Below are positions 31,547-43,247 of a DNA stretch of 64,000 bases, one piece after another (positions within the stretch are counted from its first letter, which is position 1; every line of letters begins with the position of its first letter). The stretch comes from Candidatus Marinacidobacterales bacterium (GTDB lineage Bacteria > Acidobacteriota > Vicinamibacteria > Marinacidobacterales > SMYC01). The notes below the pieces were generated by a model. It did not search any database and was not told where the DNA came from. It saw only the letters and a program-made list of their open reading frames with translations. Made by a program: the position numbers and the translations under genes. The stretch spans positions 2,592,001-2,656,000 of the forward strand of contig OZ250169.1 of assembly GCA_965237955.1 (NCBI GenBank). Reading direction: 5' to 3'.

Positions 31547-34402
31547 ATGCCAGACATGCCAAACATAAAAGACCTCGAAGCCGGTGTGCTTGCCGAGGTC
31601 GACACCTTTGTTCGCGAGCTCCGCGGCTCGCGTGCTCTGGCCCCCGTGTCGCGCGACGTCGCACCCGAAGCATCGCTCGAAAAAGACCTGGGGCTTGGAA
31701 GCCTCGAGCGGGTCGAGCTCTTGTCCCGTCTCGAGCGGCGCTTCGGCGCCAAAGTTTCCGAAAGCGTTCTCGGCGAAGCGGAGACACCTCGAGATCTCGC
31801 CGTGGCGTTTCTCGAAAGCGAGCAAGAGATCGCGATCGAAACGGCGACGGCCTGTTACCGACCCACGCGGCGTTCTTTACAGGCCTTGCCTGCGGACGCG
31901 CGCTCGCTCCAAGAAGTTCTCGTCAAGCGAGCGCAGGCGGAGCCCGACAACATCCATCTGTTCCTTCGTGAGGACAAAGGGCCCGAGCGCGCGGTCAGCT
32001 TGTCGGAGCTCTACAGCGAAGCGCTCACGCTTGCGGGGGGGCTAACGGATGCGGGAGTTTCCCGCGGCGACAGAGTGGCCATCATGCTCGGAACCAGCCG
32101 CGACTTTTTCTCGAGCTTCATGGGCACGCTCCTCGCGGGCGCGGTGCCGGTGCCGCTCTATCCGCCGTTCACCATGAATCGGCTCGAGGAGTACATCGCC
32201 CGTCAGGCCGGAATCGTCAAAAACGCCGAAGCCTCGGTATTCATCACCCTCGATAATAGGCGCGCAATAGGCGAAGTGCTCAAAACCAAGGCCCCTGCAC
32301 TACGCGCGATCGTTAGCGTGTCCGACCTCGTATCGCGATCGAGGCCGATCGAGCCGGTCCTCGTCGACGGCACCGAGCCCGCGCTCATCCAATACACATC
32401 TGGAAGCACGGGTGATCCCAAAGGTGTTTTGTTGTCGCACGAAAACCTTTTGACCAATATCCGCGCCATTGGTCACACGCTATCGATTCAACCGAACGAC
32501 GTCGGCGTGAGCTGGCTTCCGCTTTACCACGACATGGGGCTCATCGGGGCATGGCTGACGCCGCTCTATTTCGGGATCCCTGTCGCCATTTTCTCGCCGC
32601 TTGCGTTTCTGGCACGACCGGAGCGGTGGCTTTGGACCATCCACACGCGCCGCGGCACGATCTCGCCGGCGCCGAACTTTGCCTACGAGCTTTGCGCGCG
32701 CAAGATCGAGCAAAGCGATATGGAAGGGCTCGACTTGAGCTCGTGGCGGGTCGCACTCACCGGCGCGGAACCGGTCGCGCCGAACACGATCGATCGCTTC
32801 ACGCGAAGATTTTCCGCGTATGGCTTCGACGCCGAGAGTTTTTTGCCCGTCTACGGTCTCGCCGAGTCGTCACTGCTCGTCGCCGCTCCTAGGCGTCGCG
32901 AAAAACCACGGGTAATAGATTTCGACCGCGACGCGCTCGAGCGCGATCGCGTTGCTCGGCGAGCCGTTTCCGGGACGCGGTCGCTCCGGCTCGTGTCGGT
33001 GGGAGAGGCCGTTTTGGGACACGAGGTCAAAATCGTCGACGATGGCGGGGCCGTGGTGGAAGACGGCGTCGAGGGTAGCGTGCTCTTCCGAGGTCCGTCC
33101 TCCATGCAGGGTTACTACCGGAACGAGAGCGCCACCGCCGCGATCCGGCGCGACGAGGGGTTTCTCGATTCCGGGGATCGAGGCTTTCGCTCCGAAGGAG
33201 ACCTCTTCATCACCGGCCGCTCCAAGGACATTATTATTCGCGCCGGCCGCAACTTGATGCCGCAGGAGATCGAAAGCGAAGTAGCCAAAGTTGCCGGCGT
33301 CCGCGCTGGATGCGTCGCCGCTTTCGGCGTGGCCGACCAAGACGCTGGCACCGAGAGCATCGTGGTGGTCGCCGAGGCGCGCGAGTCTTCCCACGACGCG
33401 AAGGCTCGCATCCGCCGGGAGATCGAAGTGAGCGTTCTCGACGCCTCTGGCTCGCCTCCGGCCGACGTCGTTCTCATCCCACCACGAACGATTCTCAAGA
33501 CGCCGAGCGGGAAGATCCGTCGCTCGGCGTGCCGCGAGCAATACCTTCGTGGCGGGCATCGACGAAACGCGGGGCGAAACAAAACTTCGTGGATGTGGTG
33601 GGCTCGAGCCGGTTATCGCTGGTACACCACCGTGCTCGCACGCGGCTGGCGTCAAGCTAAACGCCTCGCCTTCGGGAGCTACGTCTCAGCGGTTAGCGTG
33701 CTCTTCGTCGCGGCCGGCTGGGTTCTCGCGCTCGTCGTGCCGTCGCGGCGTTTCTTTCAACACTTCGTCCATCGGGCGGCGCGCGCCTACCTCGCACTGA
33801 CGGGCATCCGGCTAGAAGTGGAAGGTGCGGCGCGACTCGACGGACGAGCGGGTCCATTCGTCTTTGCCGTCAACCACGCGAGCTACCTCGACGCCATTCC
33901 CGTCATGGCCGCGCTTTCGATCGACTACGCGTTCGTGGTGAAACGCGAAGCGGCCGCGTGGCCTGTCATCGGAAAGTTCATACAGCGACTGGGTCACCTT
34001 CCGGTCGAGCGCGTTCACGCTGGAGAGAGTGCGAAGAGTACGCGCGCCATGCACGGACTTCTCGAGAACGGTCGCTCGGTCGTGCTTTTTCCGGAAGGTA
34101 CGTTCACCTACGCGAGCGGCATCCGTCCTTTCAAGCTCGGCGCGTTCAAGCTTGCCGTCGAAAGCGAAACGCCTCTCGTGCCGGTTGCGCTCGTCGGCAC
34201 GAGACGTTGGCTTCGCGATGGCACGTGGATCCCGCGGCGGAGCGCGCTCAAAGTCGTGATCGGCAAACCGCGGACGGCGCGCGAAGCCTCGTTCTCGGGC
34301 ATGGTGCAGTTGAAGGAAGAGACTGTGGAGCTCATCGCCCACGAAGTCGGCGAGCCGAGACTCGATCTGATCGCCGCCGGCCCCGTCGACGCTAATCGCT
34401 AA
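31547..34402 (+). CDS. ACP - fatty acyl-AMP ligase - PlsC-type acyltransferase fusion
   Basis: LGLGSLERVEL carrier motif; YTSGSTGDPKG, SWLPLYHDMGLIG, YGLAE, GRSKD; C-terminal NHASYLD and FPEGT. Confidence 0.93.
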   Translation: MPDMPNIKDLEAGVLAEVDTFVRELRGSRALAPVSRDVAPEASLEKDLGLGSLERVELLSRLERRFGAKVSESVLGEAETPRDLAVAFLESEQEIAIETATACYRPTRRSLQALPADARSLQEVLVKRAQAEPDNIHLFLREDKGPERAVSLSELYSEALTLAGGLTDAGVSRGDRVAIMLGTSRDFFSSFMGTLLAGAVPVPLYPPFTMNRLEEYIARQAGIVKNAEASVFITLDNRRAIGEVLKTKAPALRAIVSVSDLVSRSRPIEPVLVDGTEPALIQYTSGSTGDPKGVLLSHENLLTNIRAIGHTLSIQPNDVGVSWLPLYHDMGLIGAWLTPLYFGIPVAIFSPLAFLARPERWLWTIHTRRGTISPAPNFAYELCARKIEQSDMEGLDLSSWRVALTGAEPVAPNTIDRFTRRFSAYGFDAESFLPVYGLAESSLLVAAPRRREKPRVIDFDRDALERDRVARRAVSGTRSLRLVSVGEAVLGHEVKIVDDGGAVVEDGVEGSVLFRGPSSMQGYYRNESATAAIRRDEGFLDSGDRGFRSEGDLFITGRSKDIIIRAGRNLMPQEIESEVAKVAGVRAGCVAAFGVADQDAGTESIVVVAEARESSHDAKARIRREIEVSVLDASGSPPADVVLIPPRTILKTPSGKIRRSACREQYLRGGHRRNAGRNKTSWMWWARAGYRWYTTVLARGWRQAKRLAFGSYVSAVSVLFVAAGWVLALVVPSRRFFQHFVHRAARAYLALTGIRLEVEGAARLDGRAGPFVFAVNHASYLDAIPVMAALSIDYAFVVKREAAAWPVIGKFIQRLGHLPVERVHAGESAKSTRAMHGLLENGRSVVLFPEGTFTYASGIRPFKLGAFKLAVESETPLVPVALVGTRRWLRDGTWIPRRSALKVVIGKPRTAREASFSGMVQLKEETVELIAHEVGEPRLDLIAAGPVDANR

Positions 34403-34407
34403 GTAGT

Positions 34408-35171
34408 ATGGAGTACATCATTACCAACTCCACTCCGGATCCCCGACCCTGATTAACCAGGGCGCATTCGAGGATCCTGTTCGCAACTACCAGTCCATCG
34501 AGCTCACCATGGACAAGCGGGTCTCGAACAACTGGGGTCTGTTCGCGTCTTACCGCTGGTCGCGGCTCTACGGGAACTTCGAAGGCTTCTACCGGAGTGA
34601 TAACACTCAGTCCGATCCCGCGATCACATCGCTGTTCGACTTCCCGATCAACGATCCGAGCTACACCGAGATCGGGGTACCGCAGTTCGGTTTCAGCGGC
34701 CACATCCGCAACCAGGGCGAGCAAGGCTCCGGCCGGCTTCCCAACGACCGTCAGCACCAGATCAAGGGGTACTCGACGTACTCCATGGACAATGGCCTCG
34801 GTGTCGGCATCGGGCTGGTGTTGAGCTCGGGCACGCCGCTGACCGCGCTCGCCGCGAACCCAGAGTACGACAACAGCGGCGAGGTTCCGGTTACAGATCG
34901 TGGCGAGGGTTTCGACACCCACAACGGGTTCAAAAAGTCGGCCGACTTCCAATACGGTCTCGATCTGCACGTGGACTACCGCTTCAATATCGGTGATACG
35001 CAGGGCCTGACGCTCATCGCGGATCTCTTCAATACGTTCAACCTGCAGGCCGTGCTCCGTTACAATCAGTTCGCGGACCTCAGCTTTCTGGTGGCCGATC
35101 CGGACTTCCGTCGCCCGCGCGAGTACATGGCGCCGTTCCGTCTCCGGTTCGGCGTGCGCTACGAGTTTTAG
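34408..35171 (+). pseudogene. C-terminal fragment of an Oar-like TonB-dependent receptor
   Basis: YQSIELTMDKRVSNNWGLFASYRWSRLYGNFEG, GRLPNDRQH, DLFNTFN, terminal RFGVRYEF; only about 250 codons, no signal peptide or plug. Confidence 0.85.
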
Positions 35172-35196
35172 AGCGCGAGACGCAAATTTCAGTCCC

Positions 35197-35226
35197 GGGC
35201 GGGAGCAAAGCTCCCGCCCCTTTTTT
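35197..35226 (+). terminator. Rho-independent terminator
   Basis: GGGCGGGAGC-AAA-GCTCCCGCCC then T6. Confidence 0.88.
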
Positions 35227-35274
35227 GGGATCCTTTTTTTGACACCGAGACGTTAAGACACGAAGATTGGGGCC

Positions 35275-37071
35275 ATGATTCGTCAATGGGTAGGGATTCT
35301 CATCGTTTTGGCTGCTCCTGCGCTCTCAGCTTGTCGGGAGCCCCCCGCTGAGGAAGCCGAGGCCACGGCTTTCATCGAGCGGGCCGAATCCGAGCTTCTC
35401 GCGGCGTGGCAGGACTCCGCGCGCGCGAGCTGGGTTCAGGCCACGTACATTACCGAAGACACCCAGATCCTGGCCGCGAAAGCGAGCGAGACGTCGACGG
35501 CGCTCGCGGTGCAGTTGGCGCAAGAGGCCGCCCGGTTCCAGGGTCTCGAGCTACCGTACGATCTCGATCGCAAGCTTCGCCTGTTGCGTCTCGCGCTCAC
35601 CGTGCCGGCGCCCAATAACCCCGAAGAAACCCGTGAGCTCGCGCTCATCGAGACGTCGATGGAAAGCACCTACGGGCGCGGGAAGTATTGTCCCGATCAA
35701 GACACCTGCTGGGACCTTCAAGTCATGAGCAAGATGCTCGTCGAGAGCCAGGACGAGAACCATCTCCGGGAAGTTTGGAAGGGATGGCGCACGATCTCGC
35801 CACCCATGCGCGAGGAGTTCACCCGCTACGTCGAGCTCGGCAACAAGGGCGCCCGCGAGCTCGGGTTTACCGATCTCGGCTCGATGTGGCGTTCGCAATA
35901 CGACATGCCGCCCGACGCGTTCGCCGCGGAGCTCGATCGTTTGTGGGATCAGGTAAAGCCCCTCTACGTATCGCTGCATGCCTACGTGCGGCGTCGCCTG
36001 CGCGAAACGTACGGCCCGGAGATCGTGCCCGCAAGCGGTCCCATTCCGGCACATCTTCTCGGCAACATGTGGGCCCAGCAGTGGGGAAACATCTATCCGC
36101 TCGTCGCTCCCGACGACTCGGATCCGGGCTACGACTTGACGGACAAGCTGGTAGCGAAGCGCACCGATGCCGTGGAGATGGTGCGCTACGGCGAGAGATT
36201 CTTTCTCTCGCTCGGGTTTGATCCGCTACCGGAAACGTTTTGGGAGAGGTCTTTGTTCGTGCAGCCGCGAGACCGAGACGTGGTCTGCCATGCAAGCGCG
36301 TGGTCCGTCGACGCCGCCGCCGATCTCCGCATCAAGATGTGCATCGATATCACCGCCGAGGATTTCTCTACGATCCATCACGAGCTCGGGCACAACTTCT
36401 ACCAGCGAGCGTACATGAACCAAACGCCGCTCTATCGCGGGAGCGCCAACGACGGCTTCCACGAGGCGATTGGCGACACACTCGCGCTCTCGGTGACGCC
36501 GGCGTATTTGAAAGAGCTCGGTCTCATCGACGAAGAGCCCGATACCTCCAAGGACATCGGTCTCTTGCTGCGGATGGCCCTCGACAAGGTCGCGTTTCTG
36601 CCGTTCGGGCTTCTTGTCGACCAGTGGCGGTGGCGTGTGTTCTCGGGTGAGGTTTCTCCGGCGCATTACAACGAAGCGTGGTGGGAGCTGCGGGAGAGGT
36701 ACCAGGGCGTGGTCGCACCGGTTGCGCGATCCGAAGCCGACTTCGATCCGGGCGCCAAATACCATGTGCCCGCGAGCACTCCCTACTCCCGCTACTTCCT
36801 TGCTCACATTCTCCAATTCCAGTTCCACCGCGCGCTTTGCAAGGAGGTCGGATACGACGGACCGCTCAACCGCTGTACGATCTACGGCAACAAAGCGGCC
36901 GGGGCACGCTTGAACGCGATGCTCGAGATGGGGTTGTCGCGACCCTGGCCCGAGGCGCTCGAAGCGATGACGGGTGAGACTGAGATGGATGCCACCGCCA
37001 TTCTCGATTTTTTCGCGCCTCTGCAGGCTTGGCTCAATGAGAAGAATGAAGGGCATCCGACGGGGTGGTAG
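35275..37071 (+). CDS. Peptidyl-dipeptidase A (M2, ACE-like) metallopeptidase, probable lipoprotein
   Basis: HLLGNMWAQ, CHASAW, HHELGH, GFHEAIGD, FDPGAKYHV; LSAC lipobox. Confidence 0.96.
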   Translation: MIRQWVGILIVLAAPALSACREPPAEEAEATAFIERAESELLAAWQDSARASWVQATYITEDTQILAAKASETSTALAVQLAQEAARFQGLELPYDLDRKLRLLRLALTVPAPNNPEETRELALIETSMESTYGRGKYCPDQDTCWDLQVMSKMLVESQDENHLREVWKGWRTISPPMREEFTRYVELGNKGARELGFTDLGSMWRSQYDMPPDAFAAELDRLWDQVKPLYVSLHAYVRRRLRETYGPEIVPASGPIPAHLLGNMWAQQWGNIYPLVAPDDSDPGYDLTDKLVAKRTDAVEMVRYGERFFLSLGFDPLPETFWERSLFVQPRDRDVVCHASAWSVDAAADLRIKMCIDITAEDFSTIHHELGHNFYQRAYMNQTPLYRGSANDGFHEAIGDTLALSVTPAYLKELGLIDEEPDTSKDIGLLLRMALDKVAFLPFGLLVDQWRWRVFSGEVSPAHYNEAWWELRERYQGVVAPVARSEADFDPGAKYHVPASTPYSRYFLAHILQFQFHRALCKEVGYDGPLNRCTIYGNKAAGARLNAMLEMGLSRPWPEALEAMTGETEMDATAILDFFAPLQAWLNEKNEGHPTGW

Positions 37072-37100
37072 ACTGACGCTTCTAGATCACCCGTAATCCC

Positions 37101-37886
37101 TTGCTCAAGAATCTCCGGACCGTCTTCCGCTACCGTGTGCTCATCCAGAGCCTTGTGGTACGGGAGCTCAGGGCGCGCTACCGGGGCTCGGTCCTGGGCT
37201 TTTTGTGGTCGTTCATCAACCCTTTGCTCCAGCTCGTCATCTATTGGTTCGTGTTCAGCTACATCATGCCGACCCGGGGCATGATGGGAATGTCACCCTA
37301 CGCGCTGTTTCTGTTCACCGGCATCCTTCCTTGGACCTGGTTCAGCTCATCGGTCATGGAATCTTCGGCCGTCCTCATCTCGAGTGGTAACCTCATTAAG
37401 AAGATCTTCTTTCCCGCAGAAGTGCTCCCCATCGTCGTCGTGCTCAGCAACTTGGTGCATTTTTTTCTCGGGCTTCCGATCCTATTCGGTTTCCTCATTT
37501 ACTACGGGAAGATCCAAGCGACGCTCGTGTACTTCCCTGCAGTCGTGCTCTTGCAGTTGGTCTTCACCCTCGGCGTGTGCTTGTTCATCTCCGCGTTGGC
37601 GGTGCACTTCCGGGACGTTCAGAACATCATCGCCAACCTGATGATGCTGTGGTTCTTCGCGAGTCCAGTGATTTACTCGTATCTGACGATCTCGCCGTCG
37701 CTCCAGCGCTGGTTGAACTACAACCCGATGACCCACATCATTGTCGGCTATCACCAGTCGCTCTTCACCGGCTCGATGGGCCACTGGCCTTGGCTCTTGG
37801 TCATGATCCCGGCCGCACTGATAACATTTTTCGTGGGCTACTATTTCTTCGACAAACTAAGAGACACCTTCGCCGAAGAAGTGTGA
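37101..37886 (+). CDS. wzm: Polysaccharide ABC transporter permease
   Basis: RYRGSVLGFLWSFINPL, LIKKIFFP, FRD, NPM; about six TM. Confidence 0.93.
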   Translation: MLKNLRTVFRYRVLIQSLVVRELRARYRGSVLGFLWSFINPLLQLVIYWFVFSYIMPTRGMMGMSPYALFLFTGILPWTWFSSSVMESSAVLISSGNLIKKIFFPAEVLPIVVVLSNLVHFFLGLPILFGFLIYYGKIQATLVYFPAVVLLQLVFTLGVCLFISALAVHFRDVQNIIANLMMLWFFASPVIYSYLTISPSLQRWLNYNPMTHIIVGYHQSLFTGSMGHWPWLLVMIPAALITFFVGYYFFDKLRDTFAEEV

Positions 37887-37896
37887 GCAATGAGCA

Positions 37897-39249
37897 ATGA
37901 CGACAGCGATACAAGTTTCGGACCTCACCAAGGTTTATCAGCGCTACAGCCATCGGAAGCAGTTCCGCACGCTCAAAAGTGCGCTCTTGGGTGGCAGCCT
38001 CCTCGCGGACCTTCGGCCCGATGAGCGATTTCCCGCGCTCAGCGGGGTGACCTTCAACGTCCGCCAGGGATCGACGTTCGCGATTATCGGGAGAAACGGC
38101 TCCGGGAAGAGCACCCTTCTCAAAGTCATTGCCGGCATCTCGAAACCCGACGCGGGGACGGTCACGGTGAACGGCCGCGTCTCCGCGCTCATCGAGCTCG
38201 GCGCCGGCTTCCATCCCGAGATCACCGGCCGCGAGAACATCTTCATCAACGGCATCATGTTGGGGTTGTCGAAGAAGGAAATCCAGAATCGCTTCGATGA
38301 CATCGTGGAGTTCGCGGAGCTCGAGGAGTTCATCGATGCTCCGGTCAAGACCTACTCCTCCGGCATGTACATGCGCCTCGGGTTCGCGGTTGCGATCCAT
38401 GTCGATCCGGATGTTCTCTTGATCGACGAAGTGCTCGCGGTGGGTGACGAAGCCTTCGTTCACAAGTGCCTCGACAAGATCAGCGAGTTCCGCCGCCGCA
38501 ACAAGACCATCATCCTCGTGACCCACAGCCTTGGCCTCGTCGAGAAGATGGCCGACGAGGCGCTCTGGATCGACAAATCCGAAGTACAGCTGCGAGGCGA
38601 TCCGAAGAAGGTCGTCGACGCTTACCTCGCCCGCGTGAGCCAGCACGAAGAAAAAGAGCTCACCGCCGCCGAACAGAGCGCGCTCGCCGAGTTTGAAACA
38701 CCCGAGTCCGCGCCCCGGGAGTCCCGAGAGATTGAGCCCGAATTTCCTGTCAGTGAGGTCGAGCCCACGTCGGCGTTCGAGCGAGAGAAAGGCCGTTGGG
38801 GCTCGCGCGAAGTGGAGATCGAGGATGTCTCCCTCCACGGCGACGACGGGAGCAGCAAGCACATTTTCTCGACCGGCGAGCCGGTGACGGTTCACTTGAA
38901 GATCAAGAGCACCGGTACGATCAAAGACTTCGTCTTTGGCGTGGCCATTTTCAACGCCGACGGTGTGTGCTGCTATGGGACGAACACCGACATCGAGGAG
39001 CTCGAGCCGGTCACACTCTCGGGCGAGGGAGAAGTGAGGTTCGTGATCCCGAAGCTTCAGCTCATCGAGGGGACTTACTTTCTCGACGTGGCCGCTCATC
39101 AACGCGATGGCTATCCGTTCGACTATCACCGCGCACTGCACCAATTCCGTATCCAATCGCGGGTGAAAGACGTCGGAGTGTACCGTCCCACACATCGGTG
39201 GGAGTTCACCCCCAATATCGTCATGCGCCCGCCCAAGTCGTCGTCGTGA
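37897..39249 (+). CDS. wzt: Polysaccharide ABC transporter ATPase with C-terminal carbohydrate-binding domain
   Basis: [29 protein letters not shown]; C-terminal extension. Confidence 0.94.
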   Translation: MTTAIQVSDLTKVYQRYSHRKQFRTLKSALLGGSLLADLRPDERFPALSGVTFNVRQGSTFAIIGRNGSGKSTLLKVIAGISKPDAGTVTVNGRVSALIELGAGFHPEITGRENIFINGIMLGLSKKEIQNRFDDIVEFAELEEFIDAPVKTYSSGMYMRLGFAVAIHVDPDVLLIDEVLAVGDEAFVHKCLDKISEFRRRNKTIILVTHSLGLVEKMADEALWIDKSEVQLRGDPKKVVDAYLARVSQHEEKELTAAEQSALAEFETPESAPRESREIEPEFPVSEVEPTSAFEREKGRWGSREVEIEDVSLHGDDGSSKHIFSTGEPVTVHLKIKSTGTIKDFVFGVAIFNADGVCCYGTNTDIEELEPVTLSGEGEVRFVIPKLQLIEGTYFLDVAAHQRDGYPFDYHRALHQFRIQSRVKDVGVYRPTHRWEFTPNIVMRPPKSSS

Positions 39250-39728
39250 GCCGCAACAAGGTCCTCGACCGGGAGTCGATGCTTGCGGAGCGCGCGAAGC
39301 TCCGTGACGCCCGCGCGAAGCTCGTGTTCACGAATGGATGCTTCGATATTCTGCATCCCGGCCACGTGCGCTACCTCAACCAGGCCCGCGGCCTCGGCGA
39401 TCGTCTCGTCGTCGCCGTCAATGCCGACGCGACCGTGTCTGCGCTCAAAGGCGAAGGACGCCCGCTCATGCCTCTCGGCGAGCGGATGGAGATTTTGGCG
39501 GCGCTCGAAGCCGTCGACTACGTCGTGTCCTTCGATGAGGAAACGCCACAGGCGATCATCGACGCGATCATTCCCGACGTCCTCGTCAAAGGCGGCGATT
39601 GGACGCCGGACAACATCGTCGGCCGCCACACGGTCGAGAGCTCCGGCGGGAAGGTTTTCTCGCTCCCGTTCGCACCGGGCTACTCGACGTCGGGATTGAT
39701 CGACCGCATCGTATTCAAGAAGGCATGA
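39246..39728 (+). CDS. rfaE2: D-glycero-beta-D-manno-heptose 1-phosphate adenylyltransferase
   Basis: [37 protein letters not shown]; GTGA overlap. Confidence 0.93.
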   Translation: MSRNKVLDRESMLAERAKLRDARAKLVFTNGCFDILHPGHVRYLNQARGLGDRLVVAVNADATVSALKGEGRPLMPLGERMEILAALEAVDYVVSFDEETPQAIIDAIIPDVLVKGGDWTPDNIVGRHTVESSGGKVFSLPFAPGYSTSGLIDRIVFKKA

Positions 39729-42700
39729 CCCGAGGCACGAAAACCTCGCTCGGGCGTATCGTCGACGGGCTCGCGCTCGAGTCTATCATCGAGTCCGGCA
39801 TAGAGACCGGCGCGACCGCCCGTATTTCCGGCTTGATGGGCCCGGCTCGCTCCCTCCTCGTAGCCGCGATCGCGCAAAAAACGTCGGGACCGATGCTTGT
39901 CGTCGTCGCCGACGAGAGACGCCTCGCTCCCGCGGTATCGGATCTCGAATCGCTACTACGCGCACTCGGTGTTCCCCGGCGCGTGTTGTCGTTCCCGGCG
40001 TTCGCGCTCGATCCGTATCGCGGCCTGTCACCTCATCTGGAGGTGACCTCCGCCCGGCTCGAGGCGCTCGTCTCCTTGCTCGACGGCGAGGATGTCGTCA
40101 TCGTTGCCACCGCGGGCGCGCTTCTCTATCGAACCGCCGCGCCCGAGCTCTTGAGGCGCGGCATCCGCGAGCTCCGCGCCGGCGATAGCTTCGACCCCGG
40201 TGAGCTCGAGCGCTACCTCGTCGATGCCGGATACCGCAACGAAGATCCGGTGACGACGCCTGGAGACTTCACCCGCCGCGGCGGCATCCTCGACGTGTTT
40301 CCCCCCGGACACTCGGGACCGCTCCGCCTCGAGCTTTTCGGCGACGAGCTCGAGGAGATCCGTACGTTCGACCCTCAAACGCAGCGTACGATCGGATCGC
40401 TTTCCGAAGCCCGCATCGTACCCGCCAGTGAGTGGCCAGCCGCACAGGCGCACCTCGAGGCCCTTGCGCTCGAGGACATCGCGGGCGCTCCCGGCCTTGG
40501 GTTCCGTCTGCCGCGTCACCCGGATTTCCAGGCGAGTCTGTTCGATTATCTCGGGGCAGGTTCCATTGGCCGACTGGTCGTCGAGGAGCCGGTCGACGTC
40601 TCCCGCTCCGCCGAGGCCGAGTGGGAACGAGTGCTCGCGAGCTTTGCTGAGGCTGAAGACGACCTGTCTAGGCTGCCCCGCCTGTCTCGTTACGCGGAGC
40701 CGTCCGAGCTGTTGATGGATTTGGGGGCGTTGAAGGACATCGTCGAATCACGCGCGCTCACACTTCAAGAGATGGGCGTTCTCGGGGAAGACACCCGACA
40801 TCTGTCGACGTTGATCCCCCCCTCGTTTCGGGGGCGTGTTTCCGAGTTCCTCCAAGAGGTGCGCAAACACATCGACCGCGGCGCGCTCGTGCGCCTGTTC
40901 GTCTCCGGCGAAGGGATGGCAGACCGTTCGGTAGAGCTCCTATCGGAAGCCGGGCTCACCGCGGGCCGGGCAAAAGACGATGCCAGCGGTGAAGGCCACG
41001 TCGTGCTCGAGCTCGGACACCTTTCGCAGAGCTTCGTCGTGCCCGAGCTTTCACTCGCTGTCTTCACCGCGAGCGACGTCTTCGCCGAGCCGCCGGCGCC
41101 CGCGGCGCGCAAAGGCGCCAAGCTGAGACGCTTTCTCTCCGACTTCCGCGATCTCGCAATCGGTGACTACGTGGTTCACACCGAGCACGGCATCGGCGTC
41201 TTTACCGGGTTGCGCCAGCTCGCCGAAGGCGACACGAAAGAGTTCGTCGTGCTCGAGTATTCAGGCGGCGACAAGCTGTACGTCCCCGTGGATCGGCTCG
41301 ATTATCTCGAGAAGTACTCGAGCGCCGAGAGCGCCAAGCCCAAGCTCGACAAGCTCGGAGGCACCGGTTGGGAGCGTGTCAAAACGCGCGTACGCAAATC
41401 CATGCGCGACATGGCGCAAGAGCTCTTGAAGCTCTACGCCGCGAGGAAAGAAGCGGAAGGGTACGCGTTCGCTTCCGATACTGCGTGGATGGGCGAGTTT
41501 GAAGCACTGTTCGAGTTCGAAGAAACACCCGATCAGCTCCAAGCGATCGCGGATGTGAAACGAGACATGGAAACGCCGTCACCGATGGACCGGCTTCTAT
41601 GCGGCGACGTCGGTTACGGCAAAACCGAAGTCGCGATGCGGGCCGCGTTCAAAGCGGTGAGCGATGGGCGCCAGGTAGCGGTGCTGGTGCCGACCACGGT
41701 GCTCGCGTTCCAACACTTGAGCACGTTTCGAGAACGTTTCGCGGCGTTTCCGATGCGCGTGGAAATGCTCTCCCGCTTCAAGACACGGAAGGAGCAGAAG
41801 AAGATCGTCGAGGACCTGGCCGACGGCAAAGTCGATATCGTCATCGGCACCCATCGTCTGCTCTCCAAAGACGTCCGCTTCCAAGAGCTCGGGCTGCTCG
41901 TCGTCGACGAAGAGCAGCGTTTTGGCGTCTCTCACAAAGAGCGCTTGAAAACGCTCAGCCATGGTGTCGACTCGCTGACGATGACCGCAACCCCGATCCC
42001 GCGCACCCTTCACATGTCGTTGTCCGGTATCCGCGACATGTCGGTGATCGAGACGCCGCCGAAAGGCCGGATGGCGATCCAGACGCACATCGTCCGCCTC
42101 GATGCGACGGTTCTCACCGAGGCGATCCGCTACGAGCTCGGCCGCGGCGGCCAAGTCTACTTCGTCCACAACCGCGTCAGCTCGATCTACTCTCTGGCAA
42201 ACTACCTGCACCGGCTCGTTCCCGAGGCGCGCATCGTAATAGGCCACGGCCAGATGAAAGAATCGGAGCTCGAGAGCGTCATGCTGCGGTTCATCCGTGG
42301 TGAGTTCGACGTCCTCGTCAGCACCACCATCATCGAGAACGGGCTCGACATTCCGCTGGTCAACACGTTGATGGTCAACCGTGCGGATCGGTTCGGCCTC
42401 TCTCAGCTCTACCAACTCCGCGGTCGCGTCGGCCGCTCCAACCGCCGTGCGTACGCGTACCTGCTCATCCCCGACGAATCTCACCTGACGCCCGTCGCGC
42501 GGCGGCGTTTGGCCGCCATACGGGAGTTCAGCGAGCTCGGAGCTGGATTCCGTATCGCCGCGCTCGATCTCGAGCTGCGGGGAGCAGGCAACCTTCTCGG
42601 CGGCGAGCAACACGGTCACATCGACGCCGTCGGCTTCGATCTCTACTGTCGCCTCCTCGACGAGACCGTGCGGGAGCTCTCGGGTGAGGAAGCGCTCGCG

Positions 42701-43183
42701 AGCTCCGCCCGTGCGAATCTCAACTTGCGGATCGAGCTTCGCCTGCCCGAGGAGTTTATCCCCGATATCAACCAGAGGATGTCGATCTACAAGCGCACGT
42801 CGTCCGCGCGCGATCGCGATACCCTCGAGGAGCTCCAGGAAGAGACCCGCGACCGTTTCGGATCGCTCCCCGAGAGGGTCCTGCAGTTCTTCGAATATGC
42901 GCGGCTCCAAGTGATGGCGGACGGGCTTCGGCTCACGAGCGTCGAGCGCGACCATCGCGGCGGCGGTGGCCTCTCGTTCCGATTGACGCCGGCAACGGGC
43001 ATTGAGCCCAAAGAGCTCGTCCAACTCGCGAAAGCACTACCGGCGAGTGTCCGCGCCGACGTGCCTGACGTGAAAGCCGCGGTGGTGAGAATCGAGCTTC
43101 CCGGAACGACGCCGTCCGAGATCCTCACCGCGGTGCGCGAGGTTTTGCTACAGCTCTCGCATTACTCTAAGATGAGCGTATAG
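39725..43183 (+). CDS. mfd: Transcription-repair coupling factor
   Basis: [62 protein letters not shown]. Confidence 0.98.
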   Translation: MTRGTKTSLGRIVDGLALESIIESGIETGATARISGLMGPARSLLVAAIAQKTSGPMLVVVADERRLAPAVSDLESLLRALGVPRRVLSFPAFALDPYRGLSPHLEVTSARLEALVSLLDGEDVVIVATAGALLYRTAAPELLRRGIRELRAGDSFDPGELERYLVDAGYRNEDPVTTPGDFTRRGGILDVFPPGHSGPLRLELFGDELEEIRTFDPQTQRTIGSLSEARIVPASEWPAAQAHLEALALEDIAGAPGLGFRLPRHPDFQASLFDYLGAGSIGRLVVEEPVDVSRSAEAEWERVLASFAEAEDDLSRLPRLSRYAEPSELLMDLGALKDIVESRALTLQEMGVLGEDTRHLSTLIPPSFRGRVSEFLQEVRKHIDRGALVRLFVSGEGMADRSVELLSEAGLTAGRAKDDASGEGHVVLELGHLSQSFVVPELSLAVFTASDVFAEPPAPAARKGAKLRRFLSDFRDLAIGDYVVHTEHGIGVFTGLRQLAEGDTKEFVVLEYSGGDKLYVPVDRLDYLEKYSSAESAKPKLDKLGGTGWERVKTRVRKSMRDMAQELLKLYAARKEAEGYAFASDTAWMGEFEALFEFEETPDQLQAIADVKRDMETPSPMDRLLCGDVGYGKTEVAMRAAFKAVSDGRQVAVLVPTTVLAFQHLSTFRERFAAFPMRVEMLSRFKTRKEQKKIVEDLADGKVDIVIGTHRLLSKDVRFQELGLLVVDEEQRFGVSHKERLKTLSHGVDSLTMTATPIPRTLHMSLSGIRDMSVIETPPKGRMAIQTHIVRLDATVLTEAIRYELGRGGQVYFVHNRVSSIYSLANYLHRLVPEARIVIGHGQMKESELESVMLRFIRGEFDVLVSTTIIENGLDIPLVNTLMVNRADRFGLSQLYQLRGRVGRSNRRAYAYLLIPDESHLTPVARRRLAAIREFSELGAGFRIAALDLELRGAGNLLGGEQHGHIDAVGFDLYCRLLDETVRELSGEEALASSARANLNLRIELRLPEEFIPDINQRMSIYKRTSSARDRDTLEELQEETRDRFGSLPERVLQFFEYARLQVMADGLRLTSVERDHRGGGGLSFRLTPATGIEPKELVQLAKALPASVRADVPDVKAAVVRIELPGTTPSEILTAVREVLLQLSHYSKMSV

Positions 43184-43193
43184 CAACAGGATT

Positions 43194-43218
43194 CCGCCAT
43201 CCGCCATCCGCCATCGGC
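43194..43218. repeat. Heptamer tandem repeat (CCGCCAT)3
   Basis: Directly after the mfd stop codon. Confidence 0.7.
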
Positions 43219-43247
43219 TGGCGTAGGGCTTTTGACGCTTCGGGACC

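Noticed and set aside
41597-43024. Long antisense ORFs (here opposite mfd; also opposite wzt, hutU, trpB and others)
   Set aside because: Shadow frames expected at high GC; the opposite strand carries the recognisable gene
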